DNA of 64,000 nucleotides from Cetorhinus maximus (GCF_964194155.1 NC_135908.1:4774001-4838000); one strand, 5' to 3'; shown: positions 23,297-36,399, counted from the stretch's first letter. The notes: generated from the letters alone by a model not told the origin. Translations and numbers: made by a program.

Positions 23297-24095
23297 CAGA
23301 TCTTCCCAAACTATTTTCCAATACGACCCCATTTTAACACTTGAAAAGTGAAGCGACCCCATACGCCAACAAAAACAAAACAACAATAAAGCAGCATAGT
23401 AAAATTCAGTATGTAATTATTAAAATTCACGTATTATGATGGTGGAGTCAGTGATGTAACAGTAACGTCACTGGACTAGCACTCCAGAGACCCAGGCAAA
23501 TGATCTGGGGACAAACATTCAACATCCACCATGGCAGCTGGTGGAAGGAACTCTGCTGTCCTTACCTGGTCTGGCCTACATGGGACTCCTGATCCAAAGC
23601 AATATGGTTGATTCTTAGCAGCCCTCTGAAATGGTGTGGCAAGCCACTCGGATCAAGGGCAATTAGGGATGGGCAACAAATCGACACCCACATCCCATGA
23701 ACGAATAAAGAAATAAAATTACAGATAAACAGAAAATACATCATATAAAAATGAAAATCTGTGATGAAGTCCCAGGCCCTCTGACCAGGCTATCACTGGT
23801 TACTAAATCGGCATCTGCCTCCATCACCAATCCTCTGAGAAAGTGCTCCAGAAACTGCTGATGTACTTACGTAGACACATAGCTATGTCACAGCATCACT
23901 GCTCAGTGCTGCTGCTGCAGCCAAAGTGTCCAACACCAAGGGTTCACCTTGTGATTAGTTACTTCCTACTGCCAGGACAATATTTGGAGGGGGAGGGTGG
24001 TGTTGGGCGATTAATGCGTTTTTATTTCTCGCGACACCATTCGCTGTTTCTGCAGCCCTCAATTTGGGTCACGACCCACAGTTTGAGAACTGCTG
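23297..24095. mobile_element. hAT (Charlie-like) MITE with nested tRNA-SINE (~23440-23710)
   Basis: TIRs CAGATCTTCCCAAACT / AGTTTGAGAACTGCTG; subterminal cgacccc motifs shared with 20420-20671. Confidence 0.65.
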
Positions 24096-24721
24096 TAGGT
24101 AAGTGCGTCAGGGGGTTTCTCAGAGGAGACACTGACACTGCGGTGCCGATGACAAGAGATGGTGATGATGACAAGAGATATGGCCAAAAATAAAATGGGT
24201 TTCTGACCATGGGCAATAGCAAGACAGGTGTGAGATGGACCAAAAACCAAAGACCGAAGAGTGGTTAGGTGAATCAGAGTTGGATGAAGAAAGTTGGAAA
24301 GGAAAGATAGATAAAGGACATGGAAGTAGTTCTCAACAAAGGTAAAGATTTTAAATTTACACAGGATTTACAGCACAGAAACAGGCCATTCGGTCCAACC
24401 AATCCTTGTTGGTATTTATGCTCTTCCCATCTTCTCTAATCTAAATCTAACATTGTTACCATATACTTGTCTAGTTTCACTTTAGATGCACCTATACTGT
24501 TAGCTTCAACCACTCCCTATGGTAGCAAGTTCCACATTCTCACCGCTCTTTGGAAGTTTCTTAATTCCGAATGCCCTATTGGATTTCTTGGTGACTATCT
24601 TCAAGTAGATTGGATTTGAATTGGAGGCATCAAAGATACCAACAACTTCCTCACTGCCGTGGACATTGGCTGGCTGCCCGGAGGGGAAACGGTTTTGGGA
24701 GTAACTGAAGAGACTGTGGGA

Positions 24722-24990
24722 CTGAAATAAAAACAGAAAACGCTGGAAAACCTCAGCAGGTCAGGCAGCATCTGTGGAGAGAGAAACAGAGTTAACGTTT
24801 TGAGTCCGTATGACTTCTTCAGAGCTAAAGAGATGTAGAAATATGATGGATTTTATACTGTTTGAGAGGAGATGGAACGAGATAGAAAGTCAGGGATAGG
24901 TGGCAGCTAAGGAGAGATTTACAAAAATGTCATAGACAAAAGGGAGTGTTAATGGTGGTGGTAAAGAAGGTGCTGATAGTGACTGGGACT
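24722..24990 (-). mobile_element. Penelope terminal-repeat fragment directly upstream of the FBXO22 promoter
   Basis: Reverse complement of ~14560-14830; contains a hammerhead relic at 24788-24826. Confidence 0.8.
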
Positions 24991-25004
24991 GAGCTCCCTG
25001 TGGG

Positions 25005-25174
25005 CAATTGGCGCATGCGCAGTTTTTTTCATGGTGCTGCTTCCGCCCCGCAATAGGCACTTCCGCCCCGCAGGGAGCGTCAGCAAACTCCACCACGTGA
25101 CCTGGCAGCCTCCGAGGCCCGGAAGTTAGGAGCAGAGGCCGGGGTTCCGCCATTGCCCCCGGGGCTCGGCAGCG
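25005..25174 (+). promoter_or_regulatory. FBXO22: FBXO22 CpG-rich housekeeping promoter/5' UTR
   Basis: NRF1 palindrome GCGCATGCGC (25011-25020); two CTTCCGCCCCGCA ETS/Sp units (25040, 25060); E-box CACGTGAC (25094); ETS CCGGAAGT (25119-25126). Confidence 0.8.
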
Positions 25175-25284
25175 ATGGATATCGCGCTCCTCAAGAGCGG
25201 GAGCTCGGTGCTGAGCAATGTGGCGGAGGTGGTGGAGCGGATCCTGACCTTCCTGCCGACAAAGTCGCTGCAGAGGAGCGCCAG
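25175..25284 (+). CDS. FBXO22: F-box only protein 22, exon 1 (F-box start)
   Basis: MDIALLKSGSSVLSNVAEVVERILTFLPTKSLQRSA; donor AG|GTAATT. Confidence 0.93.
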
Positions 25285-25304
25285 GTAATTCCAGCACTGC
25301 CCCT

Positions 25305-26240
25305 CCTCCCATGGCAACAAACACACCCCATCCTGGCAACCATCCCTCTCCCCCACCCCCCCATAGCAACCAACACACCCCATCCTGGCAACCATCCCTC
25401 TCCCTCCTCCCCCCATGGCAACCACCCCTCTCTCCCCCACCCCCCCATAGCAACCAACACACCCCATCCTGGCAACCATCCCTCTCCCTCCTCCCCCCAT
25501 GGCAACCACCCCTCTCTCCCCCACCCCCCCATAGCAACCAACACACCCCATCCTGGCAACCATCCCTCTCCCTCCTCCCCCCATGGCAACCACCCCTCTC
25601 CCCCACCCCCCCATAGCAACCAACACACCCCATCCTGGCAACCATCCCTCTCCCTCCTCCCCCCATGGCAACCACCCCTCTCTCCCCCACCCCCCCATAG
25701 CAACCAACACACCCCAACCTGGCAACCATCCCTCTCTCTCCCCCTCCCCCCATAGCAACCAACACACCCCAACCTGGCAACCATCCCTCTCTCCCCCCCC
25801 CTCCCCCCATAGCAACCAACACACCCCAACCTGGCAACCATCCCTCTCTCCCCCCCCACCCATAGCAACCAACAGACCCCACCCTGGCAACCATCCCTCT
25901 CCCCCCCCTCCTCCCCATAGCAACCAACACACCCCATCCTGGCAACCATCCCTCTCCCCCCCATAGCAACCAACAGACCCCACCCTGGCAACCATCCCTC
26001 TCCCCCCACATAGCAACCAACACACCCCACCCTGGCAACCATCCCTCTCCCCCCACATAGCAACCAACACACCCCACCCTGGCAAGCATCCCTCTTCCCG
26101 CCCCCCCCATAGCAACCAACAGACCCCACCCTGGCAACCATCCCTCTCTCCCCCCCCATAGCAACCAACACACCCCACCCTGGCAACCATCCCTCTCCCA
26201 CCCCCATAGCAACCAGCTCTCCCCACCCTGGCAACCATGC
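25305..26240. repeat. C-rich minisatellite (84-bp higher-order unit grading into ~46-57 bp units) in FBXO22 intron 1
   Basis: ccatagcaaccaacacaccccatcctggcaaccatccctctccc... recurs at 25361, 25445, 25529, 25611, 25695, 25750 and onward; degenerate copies extend to ~26560. Confidence 0.95.
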
Positions 26241-26589
26241 AGCCTTCCCCAACAATCATTTCCGCACACCCCCCCTCCCCCCCAGCAGTTATCATCCCAC
26301 CATGGCAGTGGCACCCCCTCCCCCGCAACCAGCACTGCCCCTCTCCCCTTGGCAAACATACCCCCCTTCCTAACAACCAACCCTCCCCACACCCTGGCAA
26401 TCATCATCCCCTACCCCGCTGGGCAACCAGCATACTCCCCTCCCTAGTAACCATCCCCCTCTTTTCTGGCAACCAGTCCTCCCTTCTTGGCAACAGCCCC
26501 TCCACTGGTAACTGTCACTCTGCCCCAGCAACCAGTGCCCAAGCCCTCCCAACCTGGCAAATGTTACCACCCCTCCCAATCCTACCAAC

Positions 26590-27063
26590 TCCCCCCCCCC
26601 CCACCACTCCGTCTCTCTCCCCCCCCCTCCGTCTCCCCCCACTCCGTCTCCCCCACCCCCCCTCCCCCCCTCCGTCTCTCTCTCTCTCCCCCCCCCTCCG
26701 TCTCCGCCCCCCCTCCGTCTCCCCCCCCCCCCCCCCCCCCCTCCGTCTCCGCCTCCGGTCTATCTCCGCCCACCCCCATCCCGTCCCCCCCATCTCCCCC
26801 CTCCCCGTCGTCTCCCCCCCTCCGCGTCATCTCCCCCCCCCCACCCGTCGTCTCCCCCCTCCCCCCCCATCGTCTCGTTCCCCCCTGTCGTCCCCCCCGT
26901 CTCTGTCCCAGTCTCTCTCCACCCCCACCCTCCTCCCAGTCTCTCTCCACCCCCACCCTCCTCCCAGTCTCTCTCCACCCCCACCCTCCTCCCAGTCTCT
27001 CTCCACCCCCACCCTCCTCCCAGTCTCTCTCCACCCCCACCCTCCTCCCAGTCTCTCTCCACC
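26590..27063. repeat. Poly-C/ccgtct low-complexity tract plus 28-bp tandem repeat (26907-27063, ~5.5 copies)
   Basis: cccagtctctctccacccccaccctcct at 26907, 26935, 26963, 26991, 27019 and partial at 27047. Confidence 0.93.
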
Positions 27064-27256
27064 CTGCGTCTCCACGCCACCCTGGTAATTGGTGCCCTAC
27101 CCTCCTGAACAACCGGGTGTCTCCCCTGTCAACCAGAACCACCCCCCACTGCTGCCCTGCAACCAGCCTCCTGCAATAACAAATCACTTGCCATACTGAT
27201 CTCAAAAACTAGTTCCACCATATTGTGTATTTTAGCATTTAATGATTATGTTTCAG

Positions 27257-27401
27257 GGTATGCAGACTATGGAGGGATTGCGCACGTAGGGTCATCCGGA
27301 TGCACCAAAGGCTATCGTGGATCTCTACAAAAGGCCACGCATACATAGATGAGGAAGATGGCAATCATTTCCTGGCCAAAAAAATGATTATTGACTTGGA
27401 G
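27257..27401 (+). CDS. FBXO22: FBXO22 exon 2
   Basis: tttcag|G VCRLWRDCARRVIRMHQRLSWIS...MIIDLE|gtaaga; phase consistent. Confidence 0.93.
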
Positions 27402-29249
27402 GTAAGAATTAATGGGCTGAATGGCCATCTCCTGCTGTTAAGACTCTATGATGTTTGTTGCTGTGAGGGATAGAAGTGTGAGGGAATTTAAAATGTGAGA
27501 AGTGATCTAAAATGCCAATTAGCCCGCAGTGACTTCACTTCAACAGTACATTGGAATTGTAAAATGTTTTGGGGCACCCTATGGTCATGAAAGGTGCTAT
27601 AGCTTTATCAGCATCTCTGTCATTGGGACCAACTGAATTCAAGGCAAATTGTATCCTCTGGTATTTTTTGTTTAAGATTTGTAGTATTTCTGTCTGATAT
27701 GTCTGTTAAGTGTTTTGGGATGTTTTCCTACATTTAAACTGCTGAATAGGAACAGGATAGGTTCTGTAATATCTCAAACCTGCTCCGCTATTGAATGAAA
27801 GCGTGGCTGTTCAGTCCTGCAACTCCATTTATGCACCTTTACTCATTGTCCCTTTATACCCTTACCTAACAGATACTTCAGCCCTAGCATGGGAAGAGGA
27901 ACATTCACTGTCCTCTTTGTGAACCCAAGTATCCACCCAGATTGCGTGCTCGAGTCCTGTGGGGCTGCTCTCACAGATGAAAAGGTCGTCGGCTGAGCCA
28001 CGCTGACGCTAAGTGATAATCTTAATGCCGATTCATGTAGATAATTCAGAATCTTGCTTTCTTTTCTGATTCTATGCCAAGCCCTGCTTGCCAATCACCC
28101 CTGTCCTCACCAACCTACTTTGCCACCAGTTCCCCAACACCTCAGATATAAAATCCGCACCCTTGTTTTTACATCTTTTACCTCCCTATCTCTGGAGCCT
28201 CCAGCCCTCCAATGTCTCAGGGCCCAAAGCCTTCATTCCTGTTGATGGGAGCCTCTTGTACATCTGACCCTGCTTCTAACTGCTGTTCTTTCAGCTTACT
28301 AGGCTTAACATTCCCTCTCTTAAAACTCCCTGCTCTCCACCTCCGTCTCTTACTTCAAACCTAACTCTGAACAGGCCTGATTTTTATTGTTGGGGTTTTT
28401 CTTCCAATATTTTGATGTAGCCAGTTCTAAGTCAAGGGAAGAATCAAGTTTCTGGGACAGCAAAGTCCTCAGTGAACCAGCTACGTTTTTGCTGTCATGC
28501 TGTTTCTTTCTGACTCTGGTGCCAGGCCACACCAAATTTATCTGGGTCAGTTTTGCAAGTTAGCAAGGGGGATTTGAATCCGTGATATCTTGGTTGCTAT
28601 CCTCCATAAGATCCTACTTGCCATTCCGAATGGGTGCCATCCTCAGCACACACTGCCGCGCAGCACTTTGAACTCGGACATCAAAGCCAACAGACGTTGA
28701 TTTAAAATGGTCAAAATTTAAGTGATCAGCAAATCCCCTGTGGCTTGGCTCATAGTAAGTGCACTGATGCATGTTACACGGTATAGAATTCATGTTGTTA
28801 TAGAACTGTGGCGAAGGTGAAGGTGTACTTACATCCCTTTACGACTGCAGCATCTGGGGTCAGCCAGAGTTTAATTGCTATAAGGTGAAAGAGGTTTGCA
28901 GGTTGCAAGGAGCTTATCATTTCTTGTTCACGGGAAGAACAAAAACAGCATGTAGTGCCTCTATCTCTCTCTCTTTCACTTTGTCTTTTGACACTTTGAA
29001 ATTATGATAGACAGCCCCACTGAAGATCATTGAACTCAACATCGACTAAAGATGGAATTTTGGGCCTTCTCTGTTTTGGTTCCAGAATATTTCCGTATGA
29101 CTTACTCTGCTTCTTGAATAAAATTTGCATTGCAGTTTTGTCTTCCAGTTGTGATCATTGGCTGGTTTTCGGCATGTTTCTGTTCTGTAGTGTGGACAGT
29201 GTGCTCCATTAATACTATGACTCTCTCTCTCTCTCTCTCTTCTGAATAG

Positions 29250-29334
29250 GAGGTTTATGTGCTGCCAGAAACAGTACTTTACATGGCTGGCACTGATACT
29301 TTCAGCACACAAAGTAGTAACAGGCGGAAGAAAG
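29250..29334 (+). CDS. FBXO22: FBXO22 exon 3
   Basis: aatag|EVYVLPETVLYMAGTDTFSTQSSNRRKK G|gtgaaa; matches human ILPHTVLYMAD. Confidence 0.9.
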
Positions 29335-30210
29335 GTGAAATACTTGTTTTGGATATAAATTAATGCCAGTTTAAGATTTTTTTGAAATTAATTTTTCCAT
29401 TAAAAATAGAATTAATGTCAATTAAGGAGTATAAATAATATCAAATGTTTACATAGTTATCAATTAGTTTGAATGAATGGGAGTGACTATATTTTGATAT
29501 TTGATATTTCTGATTTGTTTTTATAGCAACTTTAATTTCCAGTTTATGCTCCCCGTCAGCCTCCTCCCACCTTTTTAAAAATCTAATCCATCAACACATG
29601 CTTCTATTCCTTTCCCCCCCCCCCCTCGTATTTAACTAGCTTCCCCTCAAATGCGTCTGTTGTGTTTGCCTCAACTACTCCTTATGGTGGCAAGTTCCAG
29701 ATTCTCACCGCTCTCTGGGTAAAGAAGTTTCTCCTTAAAACTAATGGCAATTCTTCTTTCAATGCAAAACCAGACATTATACATGCTGCTCCCTAGTTAA
29801 TGCCCATTAACCAAATCCAGTGCTTCAGTTCATTGGATGATGGTCCTGGACAAAAATGAGTACTCCCCAGTTAAGAGAAATTTCATTCATGCATTCTCTA
29901 AATTTTATACCTCAACAGCTAGAAAATATTACTTTTCAGATGTTTTACTTTGAAAATAATTGCTTAAAAAAATCTTTCTTCACACTTCCAGAAGAAGAGT
30001 GTGTGTTTATGATTTATGGCAGTTTCATGTTATTGGATCCTTTTATTGTTCATTTGTTAATTCTGCCTGTTTGTTTATACCTGGCATGCTGCCAAATATT
30101 TTCGTTACCGGTTGATATTTTACTGCCATTTGGTGTGCTGTTTTTATATGAATGTGTATACTAGAGCATAGCTGGCACTTATCTTACCTTTCTAAATTTG
30201 ATTATTACAG

Positions 30211-30324
30211 AGAGGAGAGATGGGCTGTCAAAGAAAAGCAAGGATGCAGAAGTGGCAGCAAAACTGGAGAACTTACTGCCCTTTGAGTGCAAAACAGTGG
30301 GGGTCAGTTGCCCTGGAATTGTCT
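30211..30324 (+). CDS. FBXO22: FBXO22 exon 4
   Basis: ttacag|..AAKLENLLPFECKTVGVSCPGIV|gtaagt. Confidence 0.9.
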
Positions 30325-30644
30325 GTAAGTGGCACCTCTTGTGAGTTCCTTGTGTGCTGGTGCTTGTGTGGTTGAACTGTGTGGGGTGGGCTGAAAGAAA
30401 ACATTGAAGAGATTAAATGTTAAAATCCTTATTGAAAAAAAGTATTAAAATTAAAATTCGCTTACGCCCCCGTCCGTGTCACCTGCTGTGATGCTGAGTC
30501 AGAAACTGCTCAGTCTCGTTATATCTGCAGGTTTCAGCCTCAACTGCAGCATTGACCAATCCTGGGAACCAGGCGTATTAGGGGAGATGTGAAGGCAAAA
30601 AAAGCACAGAAAAGATTTAAGAGAATGCTTCCAGGGACATTCTG

Positions 30645-31060
30645 GTACATTGGAGGAACAGGGGCTGTTCTCCCTAGAGAAGAGAAGGCTGAGAGGAGAT
30701 TTGCCTGAAGTGTTCATAATCATGGAGGGGGTCTGGATAGAGGAAACTGTTCCTCATGCCGCAGGATGGAGAACCAGGGGTCACCGATTTAAAGTGAATG
30801 GTAAAAGAACAAAAAGGAGGCATGAGGAAAAGCTTCCTCACGGAGCATGTGATTAGGATCTGGAATGTACTGGCTGAGATGGCGTTGGAGGCAAAATTAA
30901 TTGTGGCTTTCAAAAAGGAGTTGGATGATTATCTGAAGGGAACAAAAGTTTGCGGGGCTGTGGGGACGAGGAACGAGCTGAGTCGCTCTTGCAGAGAGCC
31001 AGCATGGACAAGATGGGCCGAATGACCTCCGACATGCTGCAACCATTCTCTGATTCTATG
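30645..31060 (+). mobile_element. CR1-type LINE 3' fragment
   Basis: LEEQGLFSLEKRRLRGDLPEVFIIM...RTRGHRFKV...IWNVL. Confidence 0.85.
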
Positions 31061-31306
31061 GTCATGCCCAGAAAGGGAATGTCATCTGGCTGCTTAGCTG
31101 GTGGAGAGGCAACGAAGCTGAGCCTGATCCTGTCCTCTGCCAACATACATGTGCATGTTTCCCAGCAGGAATTCCAAGTTTGCTTTTAGTGGTGGGATTG
31201 CTAGCTGATTTTTTTTCATAAGCATGCTTTGCTAAGCTGTCCACTAAGTAATGTAAACTTTACGCATTTTAATAGAGAATAATCATGTTTTATCAAGCCT
31301 CTGTTA

Positions 31307-31643
31307 CAGTTTGAGTATCCTTTATCCATAAACCCAAAAACCGAACGCATCCACTTTTTTTTTTAAACCTCATCGACCCTTAGCGAGAGAAGTCTAGTTG
31401 TTTGTCTGCACTGTTTACCTTGTGAATTTTGTGGTGAACATGTCAAGGAGAAACTTATTACAGGTACCCTGTATTTATTATTCAGTGACACATCTTACTT
31501 TTCTAGCCATTTTATTTACGTGGACTATAGCTAGCCTCAGCTTAGGCTATTGTAATTTTATATGCAGCATCCGAAAACCAAAATTATCTGAGATCCAAAA
31601 TGCAATCTGGCCAGAGGGTTTCGGATAAAGGATGCGCGGACTG
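31307..31643. mobile_element. Tc1/mariner-pogo (Tigger-like) MITE, 337 bp
   Basis: TA|CAGTTTGAGTATCCTTTATCC ... GGATAAAGGATGCGCGGACTG|TA: imperfect TIRs with TA target duplication. Confidence 0.75.
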
Positions 31644-32843
31644 TAGTTTGTTTCATAAACGTATGTTTACGTTTTATGATCCGCACTAAAATCTCCTGCA
31701 CTTTGGAGTTTTGAAAACCTTGAGTCTGTCCAACAAGATTTGGACCTGTAATGATACTGAAGGTAAAATTCAGGACTTATTCAGCACAACTGATGTTGGG
31801 AAGAAAATGCTTGTAGCAAGCTTTAGATATTTGCCCAGGCAATAATTCCAGCTTTGCATTCTCATACAAGATGCAAATTACCCAGTGCATGCCTTGAGGA
31901 GTGACACAGTTTAAATAAAGTGCTTTCTTGTGGCCATACGTTTTAGTTCTGGTGCTCTGCAGAAGGGACTGTGCAATTGGAATGGAAATTTGTCCAATGT
32001 GTTGCTGAAAACATACGATAGTTGGATATCTGGCATTTGAGCACGGGCAAGGCAATTTGCAGCTCATCTCTCGACGGCTTTGTATTTGTGATTCGTGGAA
32101 ATGAGAGGTTAAATTGTAAGTTGTGTTGTCCAGCCTTTCTTTGAGTACAGTTTGCCAAAAGATAAATGATAACACAGCCCTTTGCTGACAAGCCATCTTC
32201 GGAATTTTTCTTTAACTGGACACCACGTAAATTTCCCTAACTAGGCAGGAGAGACAAATCTGTTCCCTTGTGATTACTAATTTGAGATGGGAACCTTGAC
32301 CTTGTGCTTATTTTATGCTCTTAAATTTAACAGCCCATATTATGCATATCACCTTCCATATACGTGTTAGGAACTGTCAAACTCCTCAACTAAATTGCTG
32401 ACATTTAGGAAAAGGGTTTGTTATATGGGTAATTGTAAACATTTTTATGATGAGGTTCCAGGCATGTAAGGCATTTTTTGAAATTTGAGGTATTTTAGAA
32501 AATGGGTTGTACCTGTAGTGTTGTTATTAAGAGAACTCTATACTTTGCATTGTGTCAGTAATAATATCTTACTAGTAAATTGTCCATTGTGTTGCCCATG
32601 CTAATTGATGCACACATTATCTATATGCAAAGTTGGCAACAGAGACTTCAGAAACCTACTGGCCAGAGCCTACATTCTATATCAATGTTTATATACAGGA
32701 TTTCCACCCTAAATGTTTACGTACGTAGTTTCAATGTTAAACGTTGACATAAACCAAAAGTTGACTTTTTTTGGTAAGAAAATACTTTATTTCACTCAGT
32801 TTTTGTGACTTCAAACCTGTTGCCTGGTTAATTTGTTTTTCAG

Positions 32844-33011
32844 ACACTCCTATGGGATGTGGCACGCAGAGACCTCTCGAGGTAGAAGATGGAATTGCAG
32901 GGTTTGCCCTGCTCCTGCCCAAAATTGATGGAGTGACGGTCAAATTCTTCCACTTGTCGAACAAAGATTTGAACAATAAAACGTTTGATCAAGAAAAACT
33001 CCAGGAGGCAG
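32844..33011 (+). CDS. FBXO22: FBXO22 exon 5 (GC donor)
   Basis: tttcag|..TPMGCGTQRPLEVEDGIAGFALLLPKIDGV...KLQEA G|gcaagt. Confidence 0.92.
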
Positions 33012-33519
33012 GCAAGTTCCCCCCCCGCCCCCCACCACCCCTTCTGTAGTGTTAATGGGGTAAATGTAAAACAATGTAGGAAACATTGGAGGGCAATTCA
33101 TAGGATAAATTGGAGATCAGACATTTTTTGTATTCCAAAGATTGTTTCTATATTTAACGTGCTGATTAAAAAAAGTTGGTAAGGGTCAATCGTTGAACAA
33201 TTGACAAGGAAATAAAACTCAAAGTATTTGACGATTTAATTTTGGAAAGGCTTACCAACTGAATTGCGTGGCTAATTTGGCAATAATTGAATGCACCGAT
33301 GAGCCATTTACTGCATTTTTAAAAAAAAAATCTACTGGGTCCCACTCATTGGTGAGGTGCTTTAATTATTGTTTGGTGACTGCAAGTTGACTTCAGATTG
33401 TAGGTCAGCAGCTCTAGTTTTAGTGAGTACCTTTTATATGCCTTGCATCATTGCAGTTAGCTAAAGGACGAGCTCACTGCTTGTTCAGGGAACTGCAGTT
33501 GGAATGCACTTGTAAGCAT

Positions 33520-34095
33520 AAGAACATAAACATAAAGAGAAGCAGGCGAAGGCCACACAGCCCTTTGAGCTTGTTTTGCCTTTCAGTAAGATCATACCTG
33601 ATCATCTACCTTAACTCTGCACTCCTACCAGATCTCCAGAATGCCTTGATTCCCTTAATGCCCAAAAGTCTATCGCACTCAGTCTTGAATGCACTCTGGC
33701 TGAGAATCCACAGCCTCTGGGGTAGAGAATTCCAAAGATTTACAACACTCTGAGTGAGGAAGTTTCTCCCTGTCGCCTCCCCAAATGATTGACCCCCCCA
33801 TATGCTGAGACTCTGACCTGCCACTCAGCAATTTGAGATTCATTTTTGGAAAAAGAAACAACGGGAAGGAAAAACTTTTTACGCAGCAAGTGTTTAGGAT
33901 GCCCTGTCCGAGAGTGTGGTGGAGGCAGGTTCAACTGAGGCTTTCAAAAGAGAATCGGGTAATTATTTGAAATAAAATTGCAGGGCTATAGGGGAAAGGT
34001 TGGAGAGTGGAACTAGGTGAGTTGCTCTTGCAGAGAGCCAGCATGTGCATGATGGGCTGAATGGCCACTTCCTGTGCCGTAACTATTCTATGATT
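33520..34095. mobile_element. Two CR1 3' fragments (- at ~33520-33780, + at ~33840-34095)
   Basis: NFLTQSVVNLWNSLPQR on the minus strand; tail gatgggctgaatggcc..attctatgattc on the plus strand. Confidence 0.75.
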
Positions 34096-35135
34096 CACCT
34101 CTGGCAAAGTAATACCTGCCAGTGCCATTATCTTTTTTAATCTTTAATTTATGTTGTACCTCAGTTGTACTTTGTGTTTAAAAGTGTATAATTTTTTTTT
34201 CAGTTAATGAAGTGTATTACATTTCATGCTATAGATATGTTGCCATAAGCTTATAAAGGCCTCGCAATGAAATTTGCAGTTTGACATTTGAACTGCTGTC
34301 ACATTTTACTCACTCTATCCATGAGCTTAGTGTGCCTGCTTTACTCCCATGGTGGGTGGCTGGAAGGGAAAGAGACTAATATTGGAATATTTAGGCTGTT
34401 TTGGATCCACTGTGACTGCTGCAAATCATCCATCATTGAAATGAGGCTTCTATTTCCTGCCAGCATGGCCTGTGAAGCTCTCCACAAGGAACTTTCACAG
34501 CAAGGATATTTTCCAAATAAAGATGTTACAGTTTAAACACAGAAGGCATGTTATTCCTGAAAGCAAGAAATCCTGGAATGGAAGTTGGCTTTTGCAATGG
34601 ATGTAAAGGCTTAAAACAAATCTTGTTGACTGTACATCTGATAGCTAGCAGGTGGATATAAATTTTGACTGCAATCCAAGTGGCATAATAAAGTTGAGGT
34701 AAAGAAAGCAAATTAATTTGTAATTGTTAAATATTACCTTTTGTTTAAAAGGACCCAAGATTGGCCTGGATGTGCAGTTGATCACTGTACTAACCCTGCA
34801 AATTAGTATTCCTTTCACATTTTCACTTAATGAGTTGTGTATTTCATTTTAGACAAAGCTGCAAAGCATTTCATTAGGCAGGGGTGTCTAGGGATATGGA
34901 TCAAAGGCGGGGAGATGGAGCTGAGTTACAGAACAGCTGTGATCGGTTGACTGGTGGAACAGGCTCGAGGAATGAATGGCCTTCCCCTGTTCATGTGTCT
35001 CAGGCAGGTACAAGGACTGGCCTTTGAGCATTAATGCTAGTTGAGGTTGATCCTTACCCGACACCCATGTGTACAGGCTTCCCAACAAAGGTTGTGGTTA
35101 GGAGCGCGCAGCCCCTTGTTAACTTTCTGACTAAC

Positions 35136-35415
<280 letters not shown>

Positions 35416-36399
35416 TTATTGCCGCTACAGCTGAGATTGATCAACCGAACACCGATCACTGAATGAACCTATGATTACCTTGGTCTGCATAGGTGCTGAA
35501 CCATTGGAAGAGCTGAAGTTGCAGTTTTTAAGCAGTGGTGATTCTATATAAAAATAAGGATGCATTTAATAATTTTATAACAAGCCTATTTAATAACTGA
35601 CCCTCCTTCTCATCCATTTGGAAGAAGTAGCTACTTGCAACCCTGAAGCACCAATTACAACAAATCAACTATGATATCCCTGTTGCGAAAATTGTTCCTG
35701 TATCTGATTTCCATTCATAATATATTTAAATGGATCTAATTACATTTGTGTCTCAGAGAATGATAGCCAAGTAGTATGCAAATGCAGAAAAAAATTTCAT
35801 AAAGATGCAGTGTAATAAGTGGTGATTGAGCTTCTAGCCCATTTACTGGATTTTGTCAGACTTAATGCGGAAAGCTCCAATTTACTGTAAGAGTGAGCTC
35901 TTTTGCTTTGCCTTCCAGACATTGCACAGACTGGGTCACGACCTTTTGGAGTCTGCATTTCTAATTCCAGCCTAGTCGGACAGGTTGAAAGAATCTTGTT
36001 TTTTGCTTTCTTTCACAGCTGTTAAATGTATCAAGTGAAATATTTGGACAGTTTTAAATTAATCCCCAGGGCCTGTTCTATCAAAGTTCCATCCAGTCCA
36101 CAACTGACTTGGCAGTCTAGCTTTGTAAGGTCTCCAAGCATTTTGACAAATAAAAGTTGGAGTGTTTCTCAGCTTTGTGGGTTGTTGATCGGAACCAGTG
36201 TCGACTGAAAGCTCCTGGCCTCAACAGACACATACTGCTGACTTCTTGGAAGGGAGAGAAAGCAAAACTTGCATTCATTTGGTCTTTGGGAAGCATCTGC
36301 AGGTGCTTCACGCCATGTCAATTAATTACTTTTTAATTTTGTTCATGGGACACACGTGATGTTGGGAAAACTGCAGTTTTTGTCCATCCTTCAATACTT

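Noticed and set aside
25305-26240. Repeat-spacer appearance suggestive of a CRISPR array
   Set aside because: Spacers are low-complexity C runs rather than unique sequences; eukaryotic intron; no cas genes.
24890-27205. Long G/W/C-rich and Pro-rich ORFs (505, 424, 354, 283, 230 aa)
   Set aside because: All are translations of the intron-1 minisatellite and poly-C tract in several frames on both strands; no domain signal.
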